Positions 19,329 through 27,989 of a stretch of 64,000 nt of DNA are shown in pieces. Position numbers and translations under genes: made by a program. Numbering within the stretch: position 1 is the first letter of the stretch; the number at the start of each line of letters is the position of its first letter. This stretch comes from an uncultured Pseudomonadota bacterium (GTDB lineage Bacteria; Pseudomonadota; Alphaproteobacteria; RF32; CAG-239), in assembly GCA_949289935.1 (NCBI GenBank), contig CASEQD010000001.1, positions 81,375 through 145,374 of the forward strand, read 5' to 3'. The notes under the pieces were generated by a model. The model saw nothing but the letters and a program-made list of their open reading frames with translations, did not search any database and was not told the DNA's origin.

Positions 19329-20715
19329 ATTTTCCTGTCAAAATAGTTTCAATCAATTTTTTGACCGTCGGCACGCCTTCCCGATACAATGGATCCGTTG
19401 CAAAACGGTAAACGTGATGTCCGGCAAACAACAAATTGTCTTTTACGCTGCCGTTATGCCCGATGTCATACAAAGTTTTATGAATGCAATATGAACGCGG
19501 ATCAGGAAGCTTTCCGGTTGTTCCTTCCGCCTTAGACCAGGTAGAAAACTGGCATTGCGACAAACAACCGAGACAATTTGCCCGGTCGTTTTTCATTTGC
19601 TTAACCTCATCCGGCGTCATAAAAACAATTGTTTTATCCGGAGTTTCCTGAACAGACGTAAAACCTGCCCGGATTTGTTTTTCTGCTTTTGCGGCATCAT
19701 CGGCTTTTATATAAACCGTTTTATATTCATTTAGCGGGAATTCCAATGCAAATTCTTCATTTTGTTCTTTTGAATAAGGGATTTCACCGTTTTTCCGGTT
19801 AATAAGCTTCTGCAGGAAAGAATTTCTAATCGCCGAAGAAAAAAATCCGGTCGGACTAAATCTTTGCAAAATAACATCGCCTTTTTTAACCTGCATCATA
19901 ACTTTTTGCCAAGCTTCACTCACAGGACTTTCTTTGGTAATCATCGGCCGGGTACCAAACTGAAAAGCGATTTTGCCGATTTCCGGATTATTGATATAAT
20001 CCTTCCATTCATCCAGATTCCAAACGCCGCCGGCAATAATAATCGGAATATTTGAAAGATTTAATTTATTCAAGACCTGCCGCAATTCGACTAAGCGGGC
20101 GTAAGGTTTTTGCGGTTCATTCGGGTTTTCGGCATTGGAAAGACCATTATGTCCGCCGGCCAGCCACGGATCTTCATAAACAACGCCGCCCAAAAATTCG
20201 GTAAATTTCGAATAGGCCCGTTTCCATAATACCTGAAAAGCTCGTGCGGAAGAAACAATCGGATAATAATAAACACCGAATTTTGAAGCCAGCTCTCCCA
20301 GATGATAAGGCAGTCCGGCACCGCAGGTAACACCGTGAATCAAACCTTTGGCTTTTTCCAAAACACCTTCGATAATTCGTTCTGAATCGGCCAGTTCCCA
20401 CAACATGTTCATGTGTATACGGCCGTTTCCTCCGGAAATTTCATGGGCAACCTGCGCTTGGGCAATTCCGCCCTTAATAGCATTTTGCACCATTTCTTCA
20501 TGACGTTCCAAACGATTTTTGGAATGATATTCCTGAATGACGACACTTCCGTTTTCATCATAAAAATCGGGACTAACGCCGGAAAAAGTGCCGACGCAGT
20601 TTTCTTTTGCCCAAGCCCCCGAACTGGAGCCGTTGCTGACGTTAATGCCTTTTCCACCCTCAATTAAGGGTAAAACTTCCTTCCCGGAAATCATTATAGG
20701 ATCTAATTTTATCAA
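19327..20715 (-). CDS. Nitronate monooxygenase/FabK-family flavoprotein with a Cys cluster
   Basis: IEGGKG, GAGLP, PIVSSAR, AGGHNG, AGGVW, QFGTR; CLGCLSQC...C. Confidence 0.85.
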   Translation of the reverse strand: MIKLDPIMISGKEVLPLIEGGKGINVSNGSSSGAWAKENCVGTFSGVSPDFYDENGSVVIQEYHSKNRLERHEEMVQNAIKGGIAQAQVAHEISGGNGRIHMNMLWELADSERIIEGVLEKAKGLIHGVTCGAGLPYHLGELASKFGVYYYPIVSSARAFQVLWKRAYSKFTEFLGGVVYEDPWLAGGHNGLSNAENPNEPQKPYARLVELRQVLNKLNLSNIPIIIAGGVWNLDEWKDYINNPEIGKIAFQFGTRPMITKESPVSEAWQKVMMQVKKGDVILQRFSPTGFFSSAIRNSFLQKLINRKNGEIPYSKEQNEEFALEFPLNEYKTVYIKADDAAKAEKQIRAGFTSVQETPDKTIVFMTPDEVKQMKNDRANCLGCLSQCQFSTWSKAEGTTGKLPDPRSYCIHKTLYDIGHNGSVKDNLLFAGHHVYRFATDPLYREGVPTVKKLIETILTGK

Positions 20716-20809
20716 AGCACTTCCTTAAATCTTATTTTTTTAAACTGAATTTACTATAACATAAAAAAATAAATTGTGTAGCAGAAAATGCCATTTGTTA
20801 AAAGCGTTT

Positions 20810-22282
20810 CTACAAAGCCAAATCCAGCAACCCGTCGGGAATTTCGTTAATAAAGACCAGAGCGATAAGAATGCAGATAAATGCATAAACCTGCAGCATC
20901 TGAGTAAAAGATCTGTTTTGAAAAGCCGGAATTTTTGTGCTGTATTCGGTAAAGATTTTATGAATGGCAAACATTAACAGCGTAATCGCAAATCCCTGAA
21001 TTCCAACGCCCATATCAATAATAAAATCTTTAACAGGATCAAGAATCATATAAAGGCAGCCGAAAAAAACCATATAAACGGCAACAACGGCAATGGTAAT
21101 CTTTCTGATCTTGGCATTTTCACTGATTTTTTCGGCCTTGTTTTTTCTAAGATTTTCAACTGAAATTGAAGAAATCTCCATTCCCCGGATCATTTGCGGC
21201 GTTTCTTTTTGCCGGCGGATGTCTGACATTGTTCCCCTGAACCGTTCCTCAGCGGCGCATAAACCACAGCCTTTGGCCGTAAAATAAACATGATCCGGAT
21301 TTTTTTTGCAGGGCTTCATATTGTGCAGCAGATTGTGCAGATGTTCCTGCCATTCCTGAGCCGAAGGTCTTTTTTCACCGCGGGCAAAAACCCGTTCGAA
21401 AAGTTCAAGGGTTTTCTTGTCAAAATATTCATGCAATGAATAGGGATGCGGCGCCTGATAAGTATCCGGCCATAAACCGTAGGCATAATGATATTGTTCA
21501 ATGCGGTTTTGGATGGTGAGCATTTCGCCGTCATTTTTCCTTGGCACGCCCGAAAAAGGATGTATACCATTATTCAGCAGTTTGAAAATCATCACTGCTA
21601 GGGCAAATTTATCTTGTTCTTCACCCATTTCGTCGCAAGACTGGGTCATGCCTTCAGGATAAATGTATTCTTCACTCACAAATTCGGCCGGGTAACGGTT
21701 GTTCCTTTCTCCTTTGATGGAAAAACCGTCGCAGTCAACCATGGCCACCATCATGGAATCTTTATAAACCGAAACATTGGAAGGTTTCAGGTCAACAATG
21801 TAATGTCCGCAACTGTGAAGAGCCGCTACCATTGAAGCAACATTGTAAGCCGCAAAAACACGGTAAGCATATTTTTCCGGCAACTGCAGTTTTTTACGGA
21901 TGGCCTTTTGCATCAGATGGTCAAGAGATACGGCTTTGCTCATGTCTATCAGCGGCATTAAATAGCCGACGCAAAAACCGTTTTCATCATCCAGAACGGC
22001 TTCCGGCCATGCAATCTGTACATATTCGATTCCATCTTTAACGGCAGGCGGAAAATTCGGCCTGTTCAACAACATAGCTTCAAGTTTTTTACGGTTGACG
22101 GCGCTTTTGTTTTTATTATGAAAAATTTTTGCCACCAATTTCGGATGCCCTTCCGCCGCATAAATTTTCCCGGCAGCGCCGCCGCGGTTAATCAGCCCGC
22201 CCAATCTGATTTTTTCAAAATGCCCGTCGGCATATAAAGCTGTATAAACAGCCGGAGCGGTATTATCAATCTGTCCTTCCAT
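20810..22282 (-). CDS. TerY-P triad Ser/Thr kinase-like protein with Zn ribbon and C-terminal TM helices
   Basis: GGAAGKIY, AKIF, IAWP, DLKPSNV, DCDGF, HPF, C....H......CGLC; start overlaps the phosphatase stop (TGATG). Confidence 0.85.
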   Translation of the reverse strand: MEGQIDNTAPAVYTALYADGHFEKIRLGGLINRGGAAGKIYAAEGHPKLVAKIFHNKNKSAVNRKKLEAMLLNRPNFPPAVKDGIEYVQIAWPEAVLDDENGFCVGYLMPLIDMSKAVSLDHLMQKAIRKKLQLPEKYAYRVFAAYNVASMVAALHSCGHYIVDLKPSNVSVYKDSMMVAMVDCDGFSIKGERNNRYPAEFVSEEYIYPEGMTQSCDEMGEEQDKFALAVMIFKLLNNGIHPFSGVPRKNDGEMLTIQNRIEQYHYAYGLWPDTYQAPHPYSLHEYFDKKTLELFERVFARGEKRPSAQEWQEHLHNLLHNMKPCKKNPDHVYFTAKGCGLCAAEERFRGTMSDIRRQKETPQMIRGMEISSISVENLRKNKAEKISENAKIRKITIAVVAVYMVFFGCLYMILDPVKDFIIDMGVGIQGFAITLLMFAIHKIFTEYSTKIPAFQNRSFTQMLQVYAFICILIALVFINEIPDGLLDLAL

Positions 22283-23031
22283 CAGATTTTTGCCCACAAC
22301 AAAGTTTTGTCATCAGAGTTCAGTCTTTTGGCCAGAGGCGTATTTAACGTATTGTTCAATGCCCTGACAGCTTTGTTTTTGCAGCAGGCATTACAGAGAA
22401 ATTCATTAATCGGAGCGATAAAGCCCTTTTCAATCCGCGAAAAGTCCGGAGAAAAAGCAAAATTTGTCAGTCCGTCGCTCATCAAAAAAATTGTATCGGC
22501 ATTTTCAAAGTCCGTAAAACGCAGGCTGTCCAACCAATCATCCATGGTATAAAAAAACGTTTCACAGGCAAAACGTCCGTTTTCGGGCAGAGAAGCCGTA
22601 AATTGTTCATAATTGTCCCGTTTCAGAGCAATGGCCGCACCATCGCCGATATGAAAGAATATCCCCTTTCCGGCACAGCAGGCGGCGCCGACCACCGTTG
22701 CCGAAAAATCAATCATTCCGGCATTGTCTTTGTTTTTGTTCAGGCGGTGGCGCATGATTTTTTTTCTGGCCACTTCAATAGCCAGAGGAATTTTTTCTTT
22801 TATCTTGTCAAACGGACAGTCAGCCAGCAGATCGACCAGTGTATCGCAAACGGTTTTTGCCCCGATTTTGCCATATTTTGCCGATCCGGCACCATCAGAC
22901 ACCACGGCAACAAAATTTTTACCGCCGGTTTTGTGCTTAAAATAGTCTTGACAAGGAAGTTTGCAATATTTATGCATCGGTCCGCAGACGCTGGCCGCCA
23001 CTACTTTGATTTTGCTATTGTTCTTCGTCAT
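22282..23031 (-). CDS. TerY-P triad PP2C-like phosphatase
   Basis: H....PCQD, VSDGAGSA, HIGDG, MSDG, DDKT. Confidence 0.9.
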   Translation of the reverse strand: MTKNNSKIKVVAASVCGPMHKYCKLPCQDYFKHKTGGKNFVAVVSDGAGSAKYGKIGAKTVCDTLVDLLADCPFDKIKEKIPLAIEVARKKIMRHRLNKNKDNAGMIDFSATVVGAACCAGKGIFFHIGDGAAIALKRDNYEQFTASLPENGRFACETFFYTMDDWLDSLRFTDFENADTIFLMSDGLTNFAFSPDFSRIEKGFIAPINEFLCNACCKNKAVRALNNTLNTPLAKRLNSDDKTLLWAKI

Positions 23032-23713
23032 CCCATTCCCCGGTATCTTCCAACAAATCAGGAACATTCGGCGCGGCCTTTGAAACACAGGATACACTGC
23101 GCGACAACCACAGGAAAAATTCCGTAAATTTAAGACCGGTCAGCCGTTTGGGCGAGATAGTCGAAAATTTTGCCAGCTTTTCCAGATTTGCCCCCTGGGT
23201 TCCAACAGCATGAATAACTACTTTTTTGTTTTTTTGCGCATAGCGACATTTTTCCGCCACAATTTCCCAGTCATAATCCGTCGGTTCGCCGTCGCTGATA
23301 AGAAAAATCCACGGCCGTTTGGAGGTAATGCCACAGCTGTCATACAGGCATTTCTGTTCTTCAATTTTTTGCAAGGCCAGTTCCATGGCTTTTCCCAAAG
23401 GCGTCAAGCCGCCGGCTTCCATTTCCGGGGCTTCGAAATTCATGGCGTCAATCCAGTCGGAAGAAACAAGGGCTTCATCTTTGCCGAAAGCTTTGATAAT
23501 CAGGAGTTGCACGCGCGAGCTGGCATCAATGTCTTCTTTAAGTTCTTTTTCCAGCGCTTTCAACCCGGCATTAAGCTGCTTAATCGGCTCGCCGCGCATG
23601 GATCCCGAACAATCAAGCACCAACACACAGGGAGTGCGCTCGTTGGCATTGTCGGCAAACTCCACATAGGGAATCATTTCTTCAATATATTTATTTTCGT
23701 TTTCTTCGGCCAT
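23015..23713 (-). CDS. terY: TerY-like vWA domain protein
   Basis: MIDAS LDCSGSM, GLTPLG, RPWIFLISDGEPTD, FFLWLSRS. Confidence 0.88.
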   Translation of the reverse strand: MAEENENKYIEEMIPYVEFADNANERTPCVLVLDCSGSMRGEPIKQLNAGLKALEKELKEDIDASSRVQLLIIKAFGKDEALVSSDWIDAMNFEAPEMEAGGLTPLGKAMELALQKIEEQKCLYDSCGITSKRPWIFLISDGEPTDYDWEIVAEKCRYAQKNKKVVIHAVGTQGANLEKLAKFSTISPKRLTGLKFTEFFLWLSRSVSCVSKAAPNVPDLLEDTGEWDDEEQ

Positions 23714-23734
23714 GGCAGAAACTCGCTTTCTCAA

Positions 23735-23863
23735 TTATCTGTGCGGATAAGCATGCGGATATCCGCTTCCCTCAACGGGCTTCGGCGCGGAGACTTTTCC
23801 GCAGGCAGACAGGCTTCCCGCCAGCAAAACGGCCGCTGCCAGAAGAAACAACATTTTTTTCAT
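23735..23863 (-). CDS. 42-aa lipoprotein (LptM/YifL-like), absent from the ORF track
   Basis: Manual translation MKKMLFLLAAAVLLAGSLSA-CGKVSAPKPVEGSGYPHAYPHR; lipobox LSAC. Confidence 0.8.
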   Translation of the reverse strand: MKKMLFLLAAAVLLAGSLSACGKVSAPKPVEGSGYPHAYPHR

Positions 23864-23957
23864 GATTTTGAAACCTTTTTGCTGTATTTATATTAAGTAT
23901 AGTAGATTATATACTATTAAACAGAGGTAAACACAAACCTATATTTGAGTTATTACC

Positions 23958-24488
23958 ATGATAAAAAAATTTTTGCTGGCAATATTTTTGTGCGCAGGGT
24001 TTGTTGCCACAGCCGCAGCAGGGGAAAAAGGCGTCAATATTTATGATTCGCCGCGCAAAGTTCCGTCCAAAGAGCTGCTGCACAACGACATGAAACGTTA
24101 CAAACTGTCTGATTTTAAAGACAAATTTGTTTTGGCAATGTTTTGGTCGCGCAACTGCACTCCCTGCGTTAAGGAGCTGAAGAGTGTTAATAATATGGCT
24201 CAAAAGGTAAAAGACAACGGCATTAAAGTTGTGTTGATTTCGCCCTCCCAAGAATGGAAAGACACTGCCGAACAACGTCGTTTCCTTGATAAATTCGGTG
24301 CCAAAGACATTGATTTTTATACCGATGAAAAAAGCGGTCTTGCCTCTGAATTCGGCATATTTACGTCGCCACATACGGTGCTGATAAACAAAAAAGGTGA
24401 AGAAATCGGCCGCATCCGCGGGGCTGCAGAATGGGACGACAAAGATGTGATAGATTATTTGTACAAGCTTCAGGCCGAACACGGGTAA
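23958..24488 (+). CDS. TlpA/ResA-like thiol-disulfide oxidoreductase
   Basis: Signal peptide; FWSRNCTPCVKE. Confidence 0.88.
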   Translation: MIKKFLLAIFLCAGFVATAAAGEKGVNIYDSPRKVPSKELLHNDMKRYKLSDFKDKFVLAMFWSRNCTPCVKELKSVNNMAQKVKDNGIKVVLISPSQEWKDTAEQRRFLDKFGAKDIDFYTDEKSGLASEFGIFTSPHTVLINKKGEEIGRIRGAAEWDDKDVIDYLYKLQAEHG

Positions 24489-24506
24489 AAAAAACAGGTA
24501 AACAAG

Positions 24507-24935
24507 ATGAGCGAAAAATATTATATCAGCTGGGAAGAATTTCATCAAGATGCCAAGCATCTGGCGCAAAAGCTAAAAAACGGCGGTTACAACAAAATTA
24601 TCGCCGTCAGCCGCGGCGGGCTCCTTCCGGCGGGGATTTTGGCTTATGAGTTGGATATTCGCAATTCACAGGCAGTTAATGTTTCCAGTTACGACAATGA
24701 CGAGTTTCGCGCCGATGCCGATGTTAAAATAGATTGTCCGGCAGGAGAGGCGGATGAACACACACTGATTGTGGATGATCTCTCCGACAGCGGACGCACC
24801 TTCCGTCTGATGCGGACATTATTTCCGCGGGCGCATTTTGTTGCGGTATATGCCAAACCGCGGGGAAAAAGCGTGGTAGATACCTGTGCGCGCGAAATTC
24901 CCGACAACTGGGTTGTTTTTCCCTGGGACATATAA
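24507..24935 (+). CDS. gpt: Xanthine-guanine phosphoribosyltransferase
   Basis: ISWEEF, AVSRGGL, IVDDLSDSGRT, WVVFPWD. Confidence 0.9.
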   Translation: MSEKYYISWEEFHQDAKHLAQKLKNGGYNKIIAVSRGGLLPAGILAYELDIRNSQAVNVSSYDNDEFRADADVKIDCPAGEADEHTLIVDDLSDSGRTFRLMRTLFPRAHFVAVYAKPRGKSVVDTCAREIPDNWVVFPWDI

Positions 24936-24984
24936 AAAAACCGGGGGTTTTCCCCGGTAAAACAAAAAAATATTCTGTTGCGGC

Positions 24985-25950
24985 TTATAAATCCGGAAAC
25001 ATATTCATTCCTTTGGACAAACGGGTCATCTGCGTTTCCATGGATGTTGCCAGATTCAACTTGCCGCTTTTGATAATGCCCCGCACCTGATCGCCTTTGT
25101 TGGTGTCCGGATTGGCAAACAGATAAGTGAGTTGCGGATGACGACCGGCGCCGATTCCGACCAGAGTTTGATGCAAAACGCCAAGCATACCACGAGAAAA
25201 CAGATCATAAGCCAATTCTTCACTCATGGAGGTTGATGAAGCATATTTTACCACCGAGTTGATGGCATCAGCCACGTTGTTGCCGTGGATGGAAGACAGC
25301 ACCAAGTGCCCGGATGTTGCCGCACGCAGCGCTTCACTGGCGGTTTCCGGTGTTCTTATCTCACCTACCAAAATATAGCGCGGTTTGGAACGCAGAGCCG
25401 ATTTCAGGCCTGCCCCCCAGTCTCCGTCAGGCGGAATATTCTGCTTGCACAACCCAAGCCCGCCGCTGCGGGAGTGATATACGCCATCCAGCGGCATTTC
25501 GCACGGGTCTTCAATTGTATAAGCAAAACCGCCTTCCGTTTGCAAATATTCTTTCAACAGAGCAGAAAGGGAAGTTGTTTTACCCTGTCCCGTCGGCCCC
25601 GCCCACAGGATAAGACCGGAAGCGTTGCTCAGGCTTTTGAGATAAGTAACCAGATTTTGGTCAAATCCCAGTGTGGAAAGCGGCGGTACCTGCTTGGGCA
25701 TTTTTCGTCCGCAATATTGCGGGCCGTAAATGCTCATTGTCCGTTCAATACGGTAAAACACACCGTCATACAACAGTGAATAGCTGGGATTGTGTCCGTC
25801 CCAGGCTTCTTGCAGCTGCTTGTAGAATTCTTCAAAATCTTCCGCCGGCAGGATGGCAAGACCGTTCCGGGTTTTTCCGTCCGGAATAAATGCCTTCTTG
25901 TCCGGTGTAACATAAATATCCGAAAATTTTACATCATTAATTTTTACCAT
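24985..25950 (-). CDS. PilT/BfpF-like secretion-family ATPase (putative retraction motor)
   Basis: GPTGQGKT, TIEDPCE, ALRSKPRYILVGEIR, SGHLVLSSIH; short (~320 aa) with no Zn-Cys motif. Confidence 0.82.
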   Translation of the reverse strand: MVKINDVKFSDIYVTPDKKAFIPDGKTRNGLAILPAEDFEEFYKQLQEAWDGHNPSYSLLYDGVFYRIERTMSIYGPQYCGRKMPKQVPPLSTLGFDQNLVTYLKSLSNASGLILWAGPTGQGKTTSLSALLKEYLQTEGGFAYTIEDPCEMPLDGVYHSRSGGLGLCKQNIPPDGDWGAGLKSALRSKPRYILVGEIRTPETASEALRAATSGHLVLSSIHGNNVADAINSVVKYASSTSMSEELAYDLFSRGMLGVLHQTLVGIGAGRHPQLTYLFANPDTNKGDQVRGIIKSGKLNLATSMETQMTRLSKGMNMFPDL

Positions 25951-26070
25951 TGTTTCAAACACCTAAAAGAACCACACTTTTTCTCAGTTTAGCGGGAATA
26001 GGTTAAGAAAAGATAAACCTGTTTCTTCCAACATCAGGCTTTCTTTTCCCTACGGCGGAAATAAAATCAT

Positions 26071-27042
26071 CTAGAACTCAATCACCGGACGGACAGAGTT
26101 GGCGGCGTCCTTAGCTATGTTAATGCGTCCGAATCCACCTGTAACCGACATGTCAAAGTTCCATGCGTAACGTTGATTGTTTTCGGAGGACGACCACCAC
26201 ATATCGTAAGCAATGTTTACTTTGTTGATTCTGATCAGGCTTTGATTTATAATTGTTTTATTTTTATAAATGCTTTCTAATACACCTCCGGCCGGTAAAC
26301 ACCATTTGCCTTTTGTTTCCGTTGATGGGGCATAGTTGTACACCTTCCAAAACGCCGGGTAATATTTAGAGGCACTATCTCCGTATTGTTTATAACTGTA
26401 ATCAATAACAGTTTTCGTATTTTCACAGCTGGCAAAATCGTTTGTCGGAGCATTGCTGTAATTCGGTAAATCTGGAATATCAATGTCTTCCGTTGACCAT
26501 TCAAATCCTCCCAGTCCTTCCAGAGCCAAGGCCTGTCCGCAGCCGTCCCCGCCGATATAGGCCACAACGCCGACCGGTTCAACCCCGCTGACGCGGTAGT
26601 CCGAACAGCTGCCGTCAATATTTAAGATTTGCCCGATTTTACAGTTTTTGGCATAGCCGGTGCACTGGCCGAGAATCGCTCCGGCTCTCTTTGTGCATTT
26701 TCCATCTTTCCATTCATAACCGGAAGCGCAGGCGCAGGAAGCATATTTGTTATTGCAGGGCGTTCCGCTGCCGGAAGCATAGCCGGTACCGGAACAATCG
26801 TATTTGAAGCCGTATTCGGCGCAGGTTTCTTCCTTGCTGGACGGGCACGCCCATTTATCGCCGAACGGGCATTTGATGCCTTTGCCGTTCGGGCAGGAAG
26901 TTTCGGTATAACCCAAAGTGGCGCAGTCGGTGGTTGCGATACATTGGGCGGAAACAGAAACTGGGAACATAAAAGAAGAAGCCAGCAGGATAAAATATTT
27001 ACCTCTGGCGGAATAAGAAATCACACACATTTCATTCTCCAC
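26071..27042 (-). CDS. Secreted Cys-rich protein with a C-terminal CLec/DUF1566-like domain (DGR-target-like)
   Basis: Signal peptide, Cys-rich N-terminal half, WCLPAGG and terminal WWSSSE...AW...K.....VRPVIEF. Confidence 0.75.
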   Translation of the reverse strand: MENEMCVISYSARGKYFILLASSFMFPVSVSAQCIATTDCATLGYTETSCPNGKGIKCPFGDKWACPSSKEETCAEYGFKYDCSGTGYASGSGTPCNNKYASCACASGYEWKDGKCTKRAGAILGQCTGYAKNCKIGQILNIDGSCSDYRVSGVEPVGVVAYIGGDGCGQALALEGLGGFEWSTEDIDIPDLPNYSNAPTNDFASCENTKTVIDYSYKQYGDSASKYYPAFWKVYNYAPSTETKGKWCLPAGGVLESIYKNKTIINQSLIRINKVNIAYDMWWSSSENNQRYAWNFDMSVTGGFGRINIAKDAANSVRPVIEF

Positions 27043-27137
27043 ACTTTATTACACTGGTTTTAGTGTAGCATGGATTTTGCAATTGTTCAATCATTATTTT
27101 CATGTAAAAGTGAAAAAAATGAAGAGGATTTTTTTAT

Positions 27138-27440
27138 TGAATCATACCCTCCCTAACCCTCCCTACTCAGGGAGGGAATGCGAGGGGCACTACTCAGGGA
27201 GGGAATGAGGGGGGGTAAAGCGAAGCTGCTTCGGTCAACTGAATTGTAACGATTGTTTCCTTAGGCTGTTGCCTGTTCGCAATCTAACAATTCAGACTCT
27301 GTCGTTGAAAAACAATTCAGATGATTGGTTTTGAATCATACCCTCCCTACTCAGGGAGGGGAAAACGGGGATTACTCAGGGGAGGAGAAAGAAGAGGCTA
27401 CTCAGAGAGGGGATATAAGGAAAGGGGCTACCCGGAAGGA
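27138..27440. repeat. Composite intergenic repeat, locus 2: REP-like palindromes around the 101-bp core
   Basis: Perfect CCCTCCCT-ACTC-AGGGAGGG at 27157-27176 and 27341-27360 plus degenerate copies. Confidence 0.88.
27219..27319 (+). repeat. 101-bp structured element, copy 2
   Basis: Direct repeat of 10884-10984 with 4 substitutions. Confidence 0.9.
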
Positions 27441-27509
27441 GAATATGGAGGGAAGCAGAAGAAAAGATAAAAGAGCATTCCAGTCATAAGAGGTGTTAGA
27501 GCAAGGGTT

Positions 27510-27989
27510 TTATTTTTTCTTTGAAACGATAAATTTTTTTAACAAGTTGGAACAGGCGGTTTCAAGCATTTCATACACCCGGTCAAATCCGTTATGATAA
27601 TAAGGATCGGGGACATTGATTCCGAATTCCGGCGCATATTTAAGGATTAATTCAATCCGGGCACGGTTATAACGGTCATCGCCCCGAGGACGACGGTATT
27701 CAAGTTCTTCCGCATTATTTTCATCCATCGCCAAAATCAAATCGAATCCGGCAAAATCATCGGCACAAACGGGACGAGAGCGCAAACTGCGGATATCCAG
27801 CCCATGATTCAACGCGCAAATAACCGCCCGGGCATCCGGTTCATCGCCGGAATGAAAGGCACTGATTCCTGCCGAATCCACATTTATTTCATCCGATAAA
27901 TTCTGTTGTTGCACCAGCCGCCGCATTATCCCTTCAGCCGTCGGCGAACGGCAGATGTTGCCCAGGCAGACAAACAATATCTTATACAT
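27510..27989 (-). CDS. Low-molecular-weight protein tyrosine phosphatase
   Basis: VCLGNICRS, VPDPYY. Confidence 0.93.
   Translation of the reverse strand: MYKILFVCLGNICRSPTAEGIMRRLVQQQNLSDEINVDSAGISAFHSGDEPDARAVICALNHGLDIRSLRSRPVCADDFAGFDLILAMDENNAEELEYRRPRGDDRYNRARIELILKYAPEFGINVPDPYYHNGFDRVYEMLETACSNLLKKFIVSKKK

Noticed and set aside
10884-27319. Direct repeats as the ends of a 16-kb excisable island
   Set aside because: The interval holds essential genes (cmk, rpsA, tRNA) and no recombinase
26071-27500. Complete DGR cassette or shufflon in the window
   Set aside because: No reverse transcriptase, Avd, AAC-rich template repeat, Rci recombinase or sfx repeats found
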